DNA from: Deferribacterales bacterium | GTDB taxonomy: Bacteria > Chrysiogenota > Deferribacteres > Deferribacterales > Geovibrionaceae | Assembly: GCA_050253075.1 (NCBI GenBank) | Contig: JBFWJS010000001.1 | Span: 224,001 to 288,000, forward strand | Direction of reading: 5' to 3' | DNA length: 64,000 bases | In this document: piece by piece, positions 39,065 through 49,689 of the stretch | Position numbering within the stretch: the stretch's first letter is position 1 | How the letters are laid out: each line of letters opens with the position of its first letter | Program-made: the position numbers and the translations under genes | Notes under the pieces: generated by a model | Databases searched by the model: none | What the model saw: only the letters and a program-made list of their open reading frames with translations | What the model was told of the DNA's origin: nothing

Positions 39065-39337
39065 TCAGTGCGCTATAGAGAATCCGCCGTAAGTACCTTC
39101 TGCCAGACAGTAAGTTGTGTCGATCTTTTTCACGCTGCTGTAAAGGGAGCCCTCCTCGGCTATGAGGAGCACATCCGCCAGCACGCTGTCTGCGCCCTCG
39201 GCGACTATCTCGACAGTGCCGTCGGGCAGGTTCTTAACATATCCTGTGACATCCAGCTTTGAAATACGGCTGTTTACCGATGCTCTATAACCCACGCCCT
39301 GTACACGTCCGTGCACTACGGCATGCAGTCTTCTCAT
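39065..39337 (-). CDS. acyP: Acylphosphatase
   Basis: GRVQGVGYR, GYVKNLPDGTVE. Confidence 0.93.
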   Translation of the reverse strand: MRRLHAVVHGRVQGVGYRASVNSRISKLDVTGYVKNLPDGTVEIVAEGADSVLADVLLIAEEGSLYSSVKKIDTTYCLAEGTYGGFSIAH

Positions 39338-39339
39338 CG

Positions 39340-40773
39340 CTACTCCATGTGCAGCATAAAGCTGCCGAGTTCCACACCGTTATGATTCACCACAACAGGA
39401 TATGTCGAACTGTTTCCGTTAACGGAATACTTCGTCATAAAGGCACTCTTAACCATCGGGATAACATAGCCTCTGTCGTCACCGTTATTTCTAATGACCT
39501 TCGGAGGGACATATCCTTTGACATTTATCGGGTACTCATTTCCGCAGGATGCGTCTGAAAATGCGGAGAGTAGCTCGATATTGTCTCCTACTTTAACATT
39601 CATCGTAGTGCCCGAAAGCACAAGCTCTTTTTTACCGTTGCGCTTAACGACAAACACAAAGTAGTGTGCAGTGCCGTTTGTCTTTTTAGTTTTGAGGTAT
39701 ATTTCGCCCATTTTTTCATTATCTTTTCTGAAGATAATGACAGAGTCGTCTTTCAGCTCGACCTTTTTACGATAATCGTTAAGATCGCCGTATCCGAGCA
39801 CGTCAGCGGATACACCCCTGTCGTAGTTGCTTTCGATATGGGTAATCTCGCAGATGTCGCCTTCGTGGACGACAACGGTTCCGCCGTTTTCCACTATTCT
39901 CGGCTCTTCATTCACGCTGACCACAGCATAGTCCAGCCTCGGCTTACGCAGGAAGATGGTAGGAGCCTCTGGAACTATGTCGTACAGCTCCATAAAAGCG
40001 TTAACTGCATAGTTATGGTGCAGTATCTTCATCTCCGTGGTCGGCAGATTCTTCGAAGATTCTATCCCGTAGGCAGGGAGACAGAATGTGCGCAGGGCAT
40101 AGTATGTCGCCGTTTTACGCATTTCGGCGAATTTTGTACCTGATTCTTCCGTCTTTGTATTGAAATAGTGCATGAAATACTGTTCATCGCCTATCTTTTC
40201 GTTTGTTTCCGCTACGACCTGCACGGCATGGGTGCGGAGGTCAAGCTCTTTGCCGTTGTCACATTTGAAAACATCGGCATCGGTGATGACGGACTGACCG
40301 AATTTATAAGGGTTTCTCCACTTATCCACATATGTGGGGGTGTGATATCCCCATCCGTCGTGCAGATTAAGGAAGATGTCTGATTCGCTCATAAGCTGTT
40401 TTATGATATCGACTACCTTATCCATCTCCAGCTTCCCGGGTTCGTCGATGAAGCGTCTGTTCATGTCGCCGTCGGGGCCTCTGTCGTAGAGGATGATAGA
40501 CTTAAAGTTTGCTCTGGGGATGACTATCAGGTTGCCCTTTTCCAGCTTCAGCTCGGAGTAAAGGTCGGCAGAGAGGAATCCGCCCGGCTCGTCCCCCTGA
40601 ATACCGCCGAGGATGAACATGGTCTTCCCTTCGGTGCGTCCGTATATCCTGTATATGTTCAGCTCATAGTCTGTACCTTTGAAAAAGGTCTCATGAGTCT
40701 TCGAAGGACGCTCGACAGCCAGCGCCGTGTTAAATGCTATAAGAATCGTTATTATAAATAAGAACCTTTTCAC
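39340..40773 (-). CDS. Csd4/Pgp1-like (M14-related, M99) peptidoglycan carboxypeptidase
   Basis: Signal peptide; GGIQGDEPGG (Gln at the first zinc-ligand position), DMNRRF, LNLHDG, FGQSVI, GIESSK; GTG start overlaps the upstream TGA. Confidence 0.8.
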   Translation of the reverse strand: MKRFLFIITILIAFNTALAVERPSKTHETFFKGTDYELNIYRIYGRTEGKTMFILGGIQGDEPGGFLSADLYSELKLEKGNLIVIPRANFKSIILYDRGPDGDMNRRFIDEPGKLEMDKVVDIIKQLMSESDIFLNLHDGWGYHTPTYVDKWRNPYKFGQSVITDADVFKCDNGKELDLRTHAVQVVAETNEKIGDEQYFMHYFNTKTEESGTKFAEMRKTATYYALRTFCLPAYGIESSKNLPTTEMKILHHNYAVNAFMELYDIVPEAPTIFLRKPRLDYAVVSVNEEPRIVENGGTVVVHEGDICEITHIESNYDRGVSADVLGYGDLNDYRKKVELKDDSVIIFRKDNEKMGEIYLKTKKTNGTAHYFVFVVKRNGKKELVLSGTTMNVKVGDNIELLSAFSDASCGNEYPINVKGYVPPKVIRNNGDDRGYVIPMVKSAFMTKYSVNGNSSTYPVVVNHNGVELGSFMLHME

Positions 40774-42017
40774 TGGGCTCTCCATGTTTCAGATTTTATT
40801 TTGAAATCCCCGGGGCATCCTGTCACACGGAGCGTCTTCGTACCCGCATCAGAGTATTCATCACCCTGATATATCTGGCGGAATTCAATTATATAGCTTA
40901 CAGGGGAGACAGCCTTAAAGCTGATGTTCTCGACCTGCACTTTTACTTCTTTCAGATTAGCGAATTTACCCGCCTTATCAGCCTGCCATGCAGACTTGTC
41001 CATACCCGCAGAGCTGAAGTCGTCTGCGTATACAGACATATAACTATCTATATTCAGAGACTCCCATGCGTTCTTCCAGTTCAGAAGGAATTCATTCACC
41101 TTTCTTCTCAGATAAGGCGAAGCATCCCTCTGGCTGAACTCTTCGGTGACGATCTTGTTGTCTTCGTAATAGAAGCGTTTGCGTCCGTAGCTGACGACAT
41201 TCGGCGCACAGTAGAACTGGTCAAACTCTGCGACGTATTCGCCATCTTTCTGGGTAAAGACACGATAGTTCTCCGCCTCTACATATCTGTAAGGGAAGAG
41301 ATCCATAAGGTACTTTTTATATTTGAAATAACCGTCGAGAGATCTCCCGCCGGTGTCTTTGAAGTTTTCGCCGTAATAGCTTTTAAAGGCGTCGATGTTG
41401 TTTGAGCCCCATGCCTCGATGAAGTCATCAACATTCTGCTTCGCCTTTACATAATGATCGTGCAGATCCTCGATTGTTCCTTCGAGCCCTTCGTTTGTAA
41501 TGATGACCGGGGTGCCGACACCTATATAGTCAGACAGCAGCTCGAGGTTGTCGTTTTCAAAAGCGACACAGCCCTTTGTAGCAGGCTCTTTCCTCTCGGG
41601 GTCTACCCCGTGGAGCCATATGCCTCCGCCGGTCTTTCTGTTCAGCCTGTCTTTGATGTTTGGATAGCTGAGGGGATAAGCCCCTGAGCCGTACATCTTA
41701 CTCACTTCGGAGCCGTACATCTCTTTCAGCTTCGCCGGAGAGAGGAAGCCCGTAACGAAATAAAGCCCTTCGGGTGTCTTTTCGTCACCCTGAACCATCT
41801 TGTCGCCTTCTGATCCGCCCGTTAAAACCTGCCAGCTTTTCAGCACCGTGGCACTGCCTTCGGATACTTTGATCACGTGCAGCCACTTGCCGTCTTTCTC
41901 CACCAGCACAGCGTTAAAGCTGTCCTGCTGCTCAGCTGTGAAGTTGATAAATGTCTGAGCGAAAGACACAGATGCGAAAAGACAGACTATCATTAATACA
42001 TTAAATATAATGCGCAT
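40770..42017 (-). CDS. Csd6/Pgp2-like YkuD-fold L,D-peptidase with two C-terminal NTF2-like repeats
   Basis: GDKMVQGDEKTPEG, LSYPN, GGGIWLHG, TKGCVA; repeated 'AW...NID.(F/Y)..(Y)...F' units. Confidence 0.8.
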   Translation of the reverse strand: MRIIFNVLMIVCLFASVSFAQTFINFTAEQQDSFNAVLVEKDGKWLHVIKVSEGSATVLKSWQVLTGGSEGDKMVQGDEKTPEGLYFVTGFLSPAKLKEMYGSEVSKMYGSGAYPLSYPNIKDRLNRKTGGGIWLHGVDPERKEPATKGCVAFENDNLELLSDYIGVGTPVIITNEGLEGTIEDLHDHYVKAKQNVDDFIEAWGSNNIDAFKSYYGENFKDTGGRSLDGYFKYKKYLMDLFPYRYVEAENYRVFTQKDGEYVAEFDQFYCAPNVVSYGRKRFYYEDNKIVTEEFSQRDASPYLRRKVNEFLLNWKNAWESLNIDSYMSVYADDFSSAGMDKSAWQADKAGKFANLKEVKVQVENISFKAVSPVSYIIEFRQIYQGDEYSDAGTKTLRVTGCPGDFKIKSETWRAQ

Positions 42018-42019
42018 AA

Positions 42020-43345
42020 TTACCACTCTATGTTCTTCCCGTAGAGGAAGTATCTGTCTAGTTTATTTTTTAATGTGCTCCCCACGGGCTTTGTGATGCC
42101 CACGGGTATCCCTTCATAATAAATTGAATTGCCATCATAATCATAGGTATTTTCTATGTCAAATCCTTTCAGATAACGCTGTGCGTCCTCATAGGAGACT
42201 TCCGCACCCTTTCCCGCATCCATAAGGTCCGCAAGCTGCCAGAAAGCCTGAGAGCTGAGCTCGCCTTCCCGCTTTGCAAAGAGTATCCCGTTTTTAGAGA
42301 AATTGATGCTTCTGTCCATCTGGGTGGTGAGATAGAACGAACCGCCCTTTTCATATATTTCCACATACTCAGGGAATGTTTCAAAGAATCCGTCGGTATA
42401 TTTGCCGTATTTCGCCTTTGAGAAATCTCCGCCTTCGGATTCGTCCCCTCTGCGCCTGACAGCACAGATGAAGAACCCGTCGTATATATCCGTATGGGGC
42501 ATATAGCGCACCACATAAGGGTCGATATCTGTATGGCCGGATATCCCCGAAGTATGCTTACCGCCGTTGATGTCCACCAGCTCACAGTCGAATTCATCCA
42601 GCAGAAACTTCACGACCTCTTCGTTCTCCTCCACAGAGAATGTACATGTGGAATAGACCATGACGCCGCCCTCTTTGAGAGTTTCAAATGCGGATGCGGC
42701 TATCTCTTTCTGTAGCTTCGCCATGCGGTCCACCAGATCCTGACACCACTCGGTGTTCACCGTTTTGTTTCTGCCTATTTTATTTTCATTGCTGCACGGG
42801 GCATCGAGGAGCACCCCGTCAAAGAATCTGTCGAATGTCTTATGCAGGTTACGCCCGTCCTTTCCTATGGTGCGGACAGAGTATGCGCCCTGCTTCTCTA
42901 TATTAAATTGTAATGATTTCATCCTTTTGCCCGACGGCTTGTTGGCGATGATGGCGCATCGGTTGCCCAGCAGGTCTGCTATGGCGCAGGTCTTTCCTCC
43001 CGGGGCAGATGCCACATCGAGAACATAAGGATAATCAGGCAGGAGCCTGCATAAAGTATCAGCGGCAAAAACGGACGAAGGATTCATTATATAAAACCCG
43101 CCCGTCTGAAATCCCAGAGTGGCTGTCAGCCTATCCTCTCCGCTGTCTATGCGGTACACCTCGGGCAGTCCTTCCGCCTTTGTAAAGGCTATCCCCTGCT
43201 CTGTGAGCTCTGCGAGGTAGTCCGCACCTCTGGATGATGCCACACGGATATATTTGTGTCTCAGCCCCGTAAGGGATTCAAAGAACTTTTCCGCCTGAGT
43301 ATCAAGTATTTGACTGTATTTCTTAACAAAATCACTATTCAGCAT
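42020..43345 (-). CDS. RsmB/RsmF (NOL1/NOP2) rRNA m5C methyltransferase
   Basis: LDVASAPGGKT, LLDAPCS, VYSTCTFSVEENE, DGFFI; RsmF-like C-terminus. Confidence 0.88.
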   Translation of the reverse strand: MLNSDFVKKYSQILDTQAEKFFESLTGLRHKYIRVASSRGADYLAELTEQGIAFTKAEGLPEVYRIDSGEDRLTATLGFQTGGFYIMNPSSVFAADTLCRLLPDYPYVLDVASAPGGKTCAIADLLGNRCAIIANKPSGKRMKSLQFNIEKQGAYSVRTIGKDGRNLHKTFDRFFDGVLLDAPCSNENKIGRNKTVNTEWCQDLVDRMAKLQKEIAASAFETLKEGGVMVYSTCTFSVEENEEVVKFLLDEFDCELVDINGGKHTSGISGHTDIDPYVVRYMPHTDIYDGFFICAVRRRGDESEGGDFSKAKYGKYTDGFFETFPEYVEIYEKGGSFYLTTQMDRSINFSKNGILFAKREGELSSQAFWQLADLMDAGKGAEVSYEDAQRYLKGFDIENTYDYDGNSIYYEGIPVGITKPVGSTLKNKLDRYFLYGKNIEW

Positions 43346-43404
43346 GTGGCAAAGCATAAAACAATTATATTGAGTTATCAATATTAATGTAGTAAATTTC
43401 AGGC

Positions 43405-44751
43405 ATGAAAATAGTAGTCGCCGGAGCCGGCGAGGTCGGATTTCACATCGCAGACCATCTGATTAAAGAGGGGAAGGACGTTGTCCTTATCGAAAAGGAT
43501 GCTGACAGAGCAAAGTTTGTCTCCTCCCATCTCGACTGCCTTGTTATAACAGGCGAACCTTCAAACCTTGACATTCTCAAGCAGGCAGGCATTCAAAAAG
43601 CCGACGGATTCATCTCCGCCACGGACTTTGACGAGGTGAACATGATCTCGTGCTTCATCGTCGCCAGCGAATACGAAGTCCCCGTGAAGATCGCCCGTGT
43701 GAGAAACATGGAATACAGCAAGACAAGGCTAGTAGGGCAGAAATACAGCGGTATCGACTACATCGTAAACCCGGAGATCGAAGCGGCAAAGAACATAGCA
43801 TCCACCGTACAGCACGGTGCGACCAGCGACATATTCCTTTTCGAAAATTCTGACATCCAGCTCAGAGACATCTTTGTCGACGACGAATCATACTTCAACG
43901 GAAAATCACTTAAAGAGATAAGAACCGACCTGAAAGAGGACTTCATCATTGCGGGTATCCTGCGTGATACAGACGTAGTGGTCCCCACAGGCGACACGAT
44001 AGTACAGGACAAAGACCATCTATATATAGTAGCCGCGAAGAACACCTTCTTTCAGGTGCTGAAAAAGGCGGGCACACCGCAGAAGAACCTGCGCACCGTC
44101 ATCGTCCTCGGCGGAGGAAAGATCGGCAGATACGTCACGGAGTTCCTCATAAAAATGGGCAAGAACGTGAAGCTGGTCGACAGAAACTATGAAAAGTGCA
44201 AACGCCTCGCAGCGGACTATCCCGACGTGATGGTGCTGAACTCGGACATTTCCGACGAGACGCTCTACGAAGAGGAAAACCTGCATAAGGCGGACGCCAT
44301 AGTCACCACCACACGCAACGAAGAGCTGAACATCCTCGCCGCCATATACGGCAAGTCTAAGGGGATAAAGCGCTCCGTCGCACTGGTGAACAAGTCCAAC
44401 TATCTGAACATCGCAGACGACCTCGGCATAGACTCCACTGTCAGCCCGAAGCTGAGCTCTGTTAACGCAATACTGAAACACATCCGACGCGGAAACATCA
44501 AAAGCGTCTATAAAATATTCGACGGAAAGGCAGAAGTGTCCGAATTCCACGTACATGCGGAAGCTCCCGTCAGCGGTAAAGCCTTGAAAGACATCAAGCT
44601 CCCCGCAGGCAGCCTTATCCTCGCTGTTATCCGTGAAGGGAAGAATATCATCCCCGACGGAAACTTTGTCCTCAGCGGCAGAGACTCCGTCATCACCTTC
44701 TGCATAAAGGATACTGCCGACTCACTTCAAAAATTCTTCGCCGGTAAGTAG
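43405..44751 (+). CDS. trkA: Trk potassium uptake NAD-binding subunit
   Basis: Two RCK units (GAGEVG, GGGKIG). Confidence 0.95.
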   Translation: MKIVVAGAGEVGFHIADHLIKEGKDVVLIEKDADRAKFVSSHLDCLVITGEPSNLDILKQAGIQKADGFISATDFDEVNMISCFIVASEYEVPVKIARVRNMEYSKTRLVGQKYSGIDYIVNPEIEAAKNIASTVQHGATSDIFLFENSDIQLRDIFVDDESYFNGKSLKEIRTDLKEDFIIAGILRDTDVVVPTGDTIVQDKDHLYIVAAKNTFFQVLKKAGTPQKNLRTVIVLGGGKIGRYVTEFLIKMGKNVKLVDRNYEKCKRLAADYPDVMVLNSDISDETLYEEENLHKADAIVTTTRNEELNILAAIYGKSKGIKRSVALVNKSNYLNIADDLGIDSTVSPKLSSVNAILKHIRRGNIKSVYKIFDGKAEVSEFHVHAEAPVSGKALKDIKLPAGSLILAVIREGKNIIPDGNFVLSGRDSVITFCIKDTADSLQKFFAGK

Positions 44752-44753
44752 GA

Positions 44754-46205
44754 ATGCATTACAAGCTCATCCTTAAGACCATAGCCGTCATTCTGATCGT
44801 CATAGCATTTTTCCACCTGATATGTGCGGGCGTGGCACTCTATTATAAAGAGACTGAGGCGATGATAGCCTTCGCCGCATCCATATCCCTGCTGGTGGGA
44901 ACAGGTGCATTTTTCCTTATATACTACCGAAATATACCGGCGGATAACGTAAGCACAAAGGACGGATTCCTCCTTGTGACACTTAGCTGGGTTGCTGCTT
45001 CCCTCGGCGGTTCGCTACCTTTTTACATATCCGGTGCGATACCTTCATACACCGACGCATTTTTTGAGACCATATCAGGCTTCTCCACCACAGGTGCGAG
45101 CATCCTGACAAACATAGAAGGACTGCCCCTTTCCATACTTTTCTGGCGTTCGCTGACACACTGGCTGGGCGGTATGGGTATCGTAGTCCTCGCTGTTGCC
45201 ATCCTTCCCCTCCTCGGCATCGGAGGCATGCAGCTTATAAAAGCCGAGGCTCCCGGACCTACAGTGGATAAGATAACCCCGAGGATAGCCGAAACGGCTA
45301 AATACCTCTGGTACATATATGTGGGATTCACCATTGTGGAGACTGTTCTCCTTATGTTCGGAGGAATGAACCTTTACGACGCCCTGACACACACATTCGG
45401 TACTGTCGCAACAGGCGGTTTCTCCACAAAGAACACCAGCGTCAGCTACTACGACTCTGCATACATAGACTGGGTGATCACCGTCTTTATGATACTGGCG
45501 GGTGTAAACTTCACCCTGCATTTCAGACTGCTCACGGGCAGGTTTAAGAATGTCTTCCGTGATTCCGAGCTGAAGGCTTATCTGGCGATAATAGTCATAG
45601 CGACCGTAATCATAACAGTCTCCCTGCATAATAACGTGTATTACACACTGGCAGACAGCCTGCGCTTCGCCGCTTTTCAGGTGGCGACATTCATCACCAC
45701 CACGGGATTCGCCACGGCGAACTATGAAAACTGGCCATATCTGGCACAGATCATCCTCTTCATGCTGATGTTCGTGGGCGGGTGTTCGGGCTCTACGGGC
45801 GGGGGTATAAAGGTGATAAGGCTTGTAACCCTGCTGAAACAGGGGATAAACGAGATGAAATACCTCGTCCACCCCAGAGGTGTCTTTATGATACGCCTCA
45901 GCGGACAGACAGTTAAGAAAGATATAGTTTACGCTGTCAGCGGATTCTTCTTTCTATACATTTTTCTCCTTTTGGTTGTTACAATGATAGTAGCAGCTAG
46001 CGGGACGGATGTTCTCACATCCTTCACCACTGCTCTGGCAACAGTGGGCAACATAGGCCCAGGCTTCGGGATGGTCGGTCCTGCCGATAACTATGCATTC
46101 TATCCTGACTATGTCAAATGGGTGCTCAGTGCGGCGATGATCATAGGACGACTGGAGATATATACTATACTGGTGCTCTTTACACCTATGTTTTGGAAAA
46201 AATGA
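44754..46205 (+). CDS. trkH: Trk potassium uptake membrane subunit
   Basis: FETISGFSTTGA, WLGGMG, ATGGFS, GSTGGGIK, GNIGPG, GRLE. Confidence 0.95.
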   Translation: MHYKLILKTIAVILIVIAFFHLICAGVALYYKETEAMIAFAASISLLVGTGAFFLIYYRNIPADNVSTKDGFLLVTLSWVAASLGGSLPFYISGAIPSYTDAFFETISGFSTTGASILTNIEGLPLSILFWRSLTHWLGGMGIVVLAVAILPLLGIGGMQLIKAEAPGPTVDKITPRIAETAKYLWYIYVGFTIVETVLLMFGGMNLYDALTHTFGTVATGGFSTKNTSVSYYDSAYIDWVITVFMILAGVNFTLHFRLLTGRFKNVFRDSELKAYLAIIVIATVIITVSLHNNVYYTLADSLRFAAFQVATFITTTGFATANYENWPYLAQIILFMLMFVGGCSGSTGGGIKVIRLVTLLKQGINEMKYLVHPRGVFMIRLSGQTVKKDIVYAVSGFFFLYIFLLLVVTMIVAASGTDVLTSFTTALATVGNIGPGFGMVGPADNYAFYPDYVKWVLSAAMIIGRLEIYTILVLFTPMFWKK

Positions 46206-48439
46206 CAACATATCATATCTTGATCAAAGGTATCGTGCAGGGGGTCGGATTCCGTCCCTTTATATTCCGTCTGGCTGAAAAGTACGGACTGAAAGGCTAT
46301 GTCACCAACAACTCCTCGGGGGTTGAGATAGAGGTGAACGGAGAGCCCGATACCATAGACGCATTCCTTGCCGAGATACGCACAAACTGCCCTCCGCTTG
46401 CGCAGATAATAGACATATACGCAGGTGCGACATTTTATAAAGAATACGACAGATTTTCCATCGAGCCTTCGAAGGTGAGTATAGGCGTAACGCTTGTTCC
46501 GCCTGATACTGCCGTGTGCGAAGAGTGCGGTGCGGAGATACTGGACGAAGCAGACAGGCGCTACGGATACCCATTCACCAACTGTACCAACTGCGGCCCC
46601 AGATACAGCATCATAGAATCCATACCTTACGACAGGGAAGACACCACGATGTCTAAGTTCCGCATGTGTCCCGTTTGTCAGGAGGAGTACGACAACCCTT
46701 CCGACAGGCGATTCCACGCACAGCCGAACGCATGCCCCGTGTGCGGACCTATGGTATACATGGGTAAATACGCAGGGAACGAGGCGATACTCAAAGCTGC
46801 CGAGATAATAAACAAAGGCGGGATAGTCGCCGTGAAAGGGCTCGGCGGATATCATCTGGTGTGCGACGCCACACAGGACATCCCCGTCAAAACCATGCGA
46901 CACCTGAAAAACCGCCCGGACAAACCTCTGGCTGTAATGTGTACCCTCGAAACTATTCAGAAGCACTGCGACGACGAAGCGTCTCTCAAGCTCTTCGCCT
47001 CACCGCAGGCACCAATAACTATTATGCGCACCAGCGACGTACCGATAAGCAAATACGCAAATCCGATGTCCCCGAATGTGGGATATCTGGCTCCATATAC
47101 ACCGCTACACAGGATACTGCTGTCAAAGTGCGACACAGACTATCTGATAGCCACCAGCGGAAACAAAAAGGACGAACCTATCGCCAAGAACGAGCGTGGA
47201 GCAGAGAAAGCGATGGGCGAGCTGACAAGCCAATTCCTGCATCACACCCGCCCGATACACAACAGAGTGGATGATTCCCTCGCAGCGATAGTCGACGGCA
47301 CGCCCTATGTTATGCGCCGTGCGAGAGGCTTTGCGCCTTACCCTGTGATGCTCCCCTCAGCCGTGGACGGATGTGTCCTCGCCGTGGGCGCACACCTGAA
47401 GAACACTATCACCATTGCAAAGGATAACTACGCCTTTGTCAGCCAGTACATCGGCGATCTGGACAATCCTGAAACCTGCGAATTCTTCGACGAAACAATA
47501 GATAAGATGAAGTCCCTGTACGGACTCGAACCCGACAGTGTCGTCTGCGACACACACCCCGACTATTACAGCAGTAAATATGCGGCGGAGCTCGGGCTTC
47601 CTCTGCAAAAGGTTCAGCACCACATATCACACATGATGGCGTGCATGGCCGAAAACGGGCTGAAAGACGATGTGCTCGGCGTCATACTCGACGGTACGGG
47701 GCTAGGCACTAATAAGACCATATGGGGCGGTGAATTCCTGCTGATGAAAGACAGGAAGATCACCCGCATACAGAGCCTGCCCGAGGTAATGCAGCCGGGG
47801 ATGGACGCAGGGGCGAAAAACCCCGGCAGGATGCTGATATCATATCTGCACCATTTCGGACTGCTGGAAGAATATATGGGCGTACTGACCAAAAAACTGT
47901 TCATACCCGAGAAAGACATAAAGCTGACCGTCAGCATGATAGAAAAACGCATAAACTGCATCCCGACAACCAGTGCGGGGCGCATGCTTGAAAGCCTCGG
48001 CGCTGCTGTCACGGGCATCACAAAGAACCTCTTCGAGGCACACTCCGCCATGAAGATGGAGGGGCTGGCACACTCTTCCGACAGAGAGTTTCACCTTGTG
48101 AGTGATACGGACACATACGACTTTTACAAAGACATCTTCAGATATACTATGCAATCCGTTTACAACGGCGACGACCCTGCCGCCGTCGCTGCGGACATTC
48201 ATACAAATTTTGCCCGTCACCTGATCTTTTCGATTAAAAATATTTGCAAAATAGAGGACATAGAAGACGTGGTTCTTTCAGGCGGGGTCTTCCAGAATCT
48301 CTACCTGATGCAGCACCTTACAAAAATTAGTAAACTAAACGTTTACCGCCATAAAGCCGTCCCGCCAAACGACTCCTGCATCTCTCTGGGGCAGGCTTAT
48401 TATAAATCCTATTCCAAAATCAAAAATTTTGGGTCATAA
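46202..48439 (+). CDS. hypF: Hydrogenase maturation carbamoyltransferase
   Basis: ATG at 46202 overlaps the trkH stop; GIVQGVGFRP, zinc fingers CTNCGPRY and HAQPNACPVCGP, KGLGGYHL, VQHH, SGGVFQN, PPND..SLGQ. Confidence 0.95.
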   Translation: MTTYHILIKGIVQGVGFRPFIFRLAEKYGLKGYVTNNSSGVEIEVNGEPDTIDAFLAEIRTNCPPLAQIIDIYAGATFYKEYDRFSIEPSKVSIGVTLVPPDTAVCEECGAEILDEADRRYGYPFTNCTNCGPRYSIIESIPYDREDTTMSKFRMCPVCQEEYDNPSDRRFHAQPNACPVCGPMVYMGKYAGNEAILKAAEIINKGGIVAVKGLGGYHLVCDATQDIPVKTMRHLKNRPDKPLAVMCTLETIQKHCDDEASLKLFASPQAPITIMRTSDVPISKYANPMSPNVGYLAPYTPLHRILLSKCDTDYLIATSGNKKDEPIAKNERGAEKAMGELTSQFLHHTRPIHNRVDDSLAAIVDGTPYVMRRARGFAPYPVMLPSAVDGCVLAVGAHLKNTITIAKDNYAFVSQYIGDLDNPETCEFFDETIDKMKSLYGLEPDSVVCDTHPDYYSSKYAAELGLPLQKVQHHISHMMACMAENGLKDDVLGVILDGTGLGTNKTIWGGEFLLMKDRKITRIQSLPEVMQPGMDAGAKNPGRMLISYLHHFGLLEEYMGVLTKKLFIPEKDIKLTVSMIEKRINCIPTTSAGRMLESLGAAVTGITKNLFEAHSAMKMEGLAHSSDREFHLVSDTDTYDFYKDIFRYTMQSVYNGDDPAAVAADIHTNFARHLIFSIKNICKIEDIEDVVLSGGVFQNLYLMQHLTKISKLNVYRHKAVPPNDSCISLGQAYYKSYSKIKNFGS

Positions 48440-48491
48440 TCCCTTCTATATTTAGTCAAAATTATTATATTTACTTGGGGAAGGTTATTAA

Positions 48492-49688
48492 ATGCACCAG
48501 ATAATTGAAGATTCCACCACCTTACTGCTGATGTGCAGCAAAAATCATGCATGCGAAGAGCTGAAAAAGACAGTGCTGTCACTGCCTTTCACCGTTGATG
48601 TATGCCACAGCAGAGAGGAGGCGATGAACCTTCAGAATCAATCCCCCAGAGACATCGTCCTCACCGAATATGAGCTGGACAACGAGACAGGGCTGGACTT
48701 TCTTCAGGCCATATATCAGCATAATAAACAGAGTACCAGAGTGGTCATCGGTCGAGATGTAAACCTACAGCACATCGTAAAAGCTGTGATAAAAGGTGTC
48801 GCCTGCGCATATATCGAAGAGAATGCGTCTCAGGCATCCATCAGGACAAAGCTGCAGGACATCGCAAGGGTCCGCAGAAGTATGACCAATAAAAAACTCC
48901 TCGAGATACTCCCCGGGTCTAATGAATTCCCTATTAATATGCAGGTGTATGAGCTGCTTATGGATGCCATACACGCAGACAGACCGATCCCCGAGATTGC
49001 CGAGATAGTCACAAAGGACATCACCCTTACGGCGAAAGTGCTTCAGGTGGCGAACTCTGCATTTTACGGTAATTTCAGCGGAACATCAGTGGAAAAAGCT
49101 ATCATTTACATGGGGCTGAACCCTGTGAAAGATATAGTGCTGATGCACTCGCTCTCTGCAAACCTGAACATGAACTCCACACAGAACAAAGAGCTGGAAG
49201 AGATAGTGAAACACTCCATAGAGACCAACTACTACTTTCACGCTATATCCCGCAAAGCGGACATATGCCCTATCACACCGCTGAACAGCTCGATAGGCAT
49301 CATACACGACATAGGCAAGCTGGTTCAGCTGGTTTTCTTCCCCATGGAATACAACGCCATCGACGAATACAGAGAGGAAAACCCGGGAACGGACTATTAC
49401 TCCTGCGAGATAGCAACGGGCAACCTAGCTATAAAACACTCTGAGATTGGCGCTTATTTCCTCCGCTGCTGGAACTTTAACCAATATTCCGTCGAAGCTG
49501 CGCTCTATCACCACGAGCCTGAGCTCGCCACGGAAGACATGCGCCCATGCGTCGAGTCGCTCTTTTTAGCTAATACTATTGCTGATATCAGAGACGGGTT
49601 TGACATATCACTTGAAGAAGCACTGGGAAGATGTAAAAGGGTAAAACTTCAGCAACAGGACATACTTACTATCCTTCCGCCTTTATAG
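48492..49688 (+). CDS. HDOD domain protein with an N-terminal atypical receiver domain
   Basis: LTAKVLQVANSAFY, IIHDIGKLV, HSEIGAYFLRCW, YHHEP. Confidence 0.85.
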   Translation: MHQIIEDSTTLLLMCSKNHACEELKKTVLSLPFTVDVCHSREEAMNLQNQSPRDIVLTEYELDNETGLDFLQAIYQHNKQSTRVVIGRDVNLQHIVKAVIKGVACAYIEENASQASIRTKLQDIARVRRSMTNKKLLEILPGSNEFPINMQVYELLMDAIHADRPIPEIAEIVTKDITLTAKVLQVANSAFYGNFSGTSVEKAIIYMGLNPVKDIVLMHSLSANLNMNSTQNKELEEIVKHSIETNYYFHAISRKADICPITPLNSSIGIIHDIGKLVQLVFFPMEYNAIDEYREENPGTDYYSCEIATGNLAIKHSEIGAYFLRCWNFNQYSVEAALYHHEPELATEDMRPCVESLFLANTIADIRDGFDISLEEALGRCKRVKLQQQDILTILPPL

Positions 49689-49689
49689 G

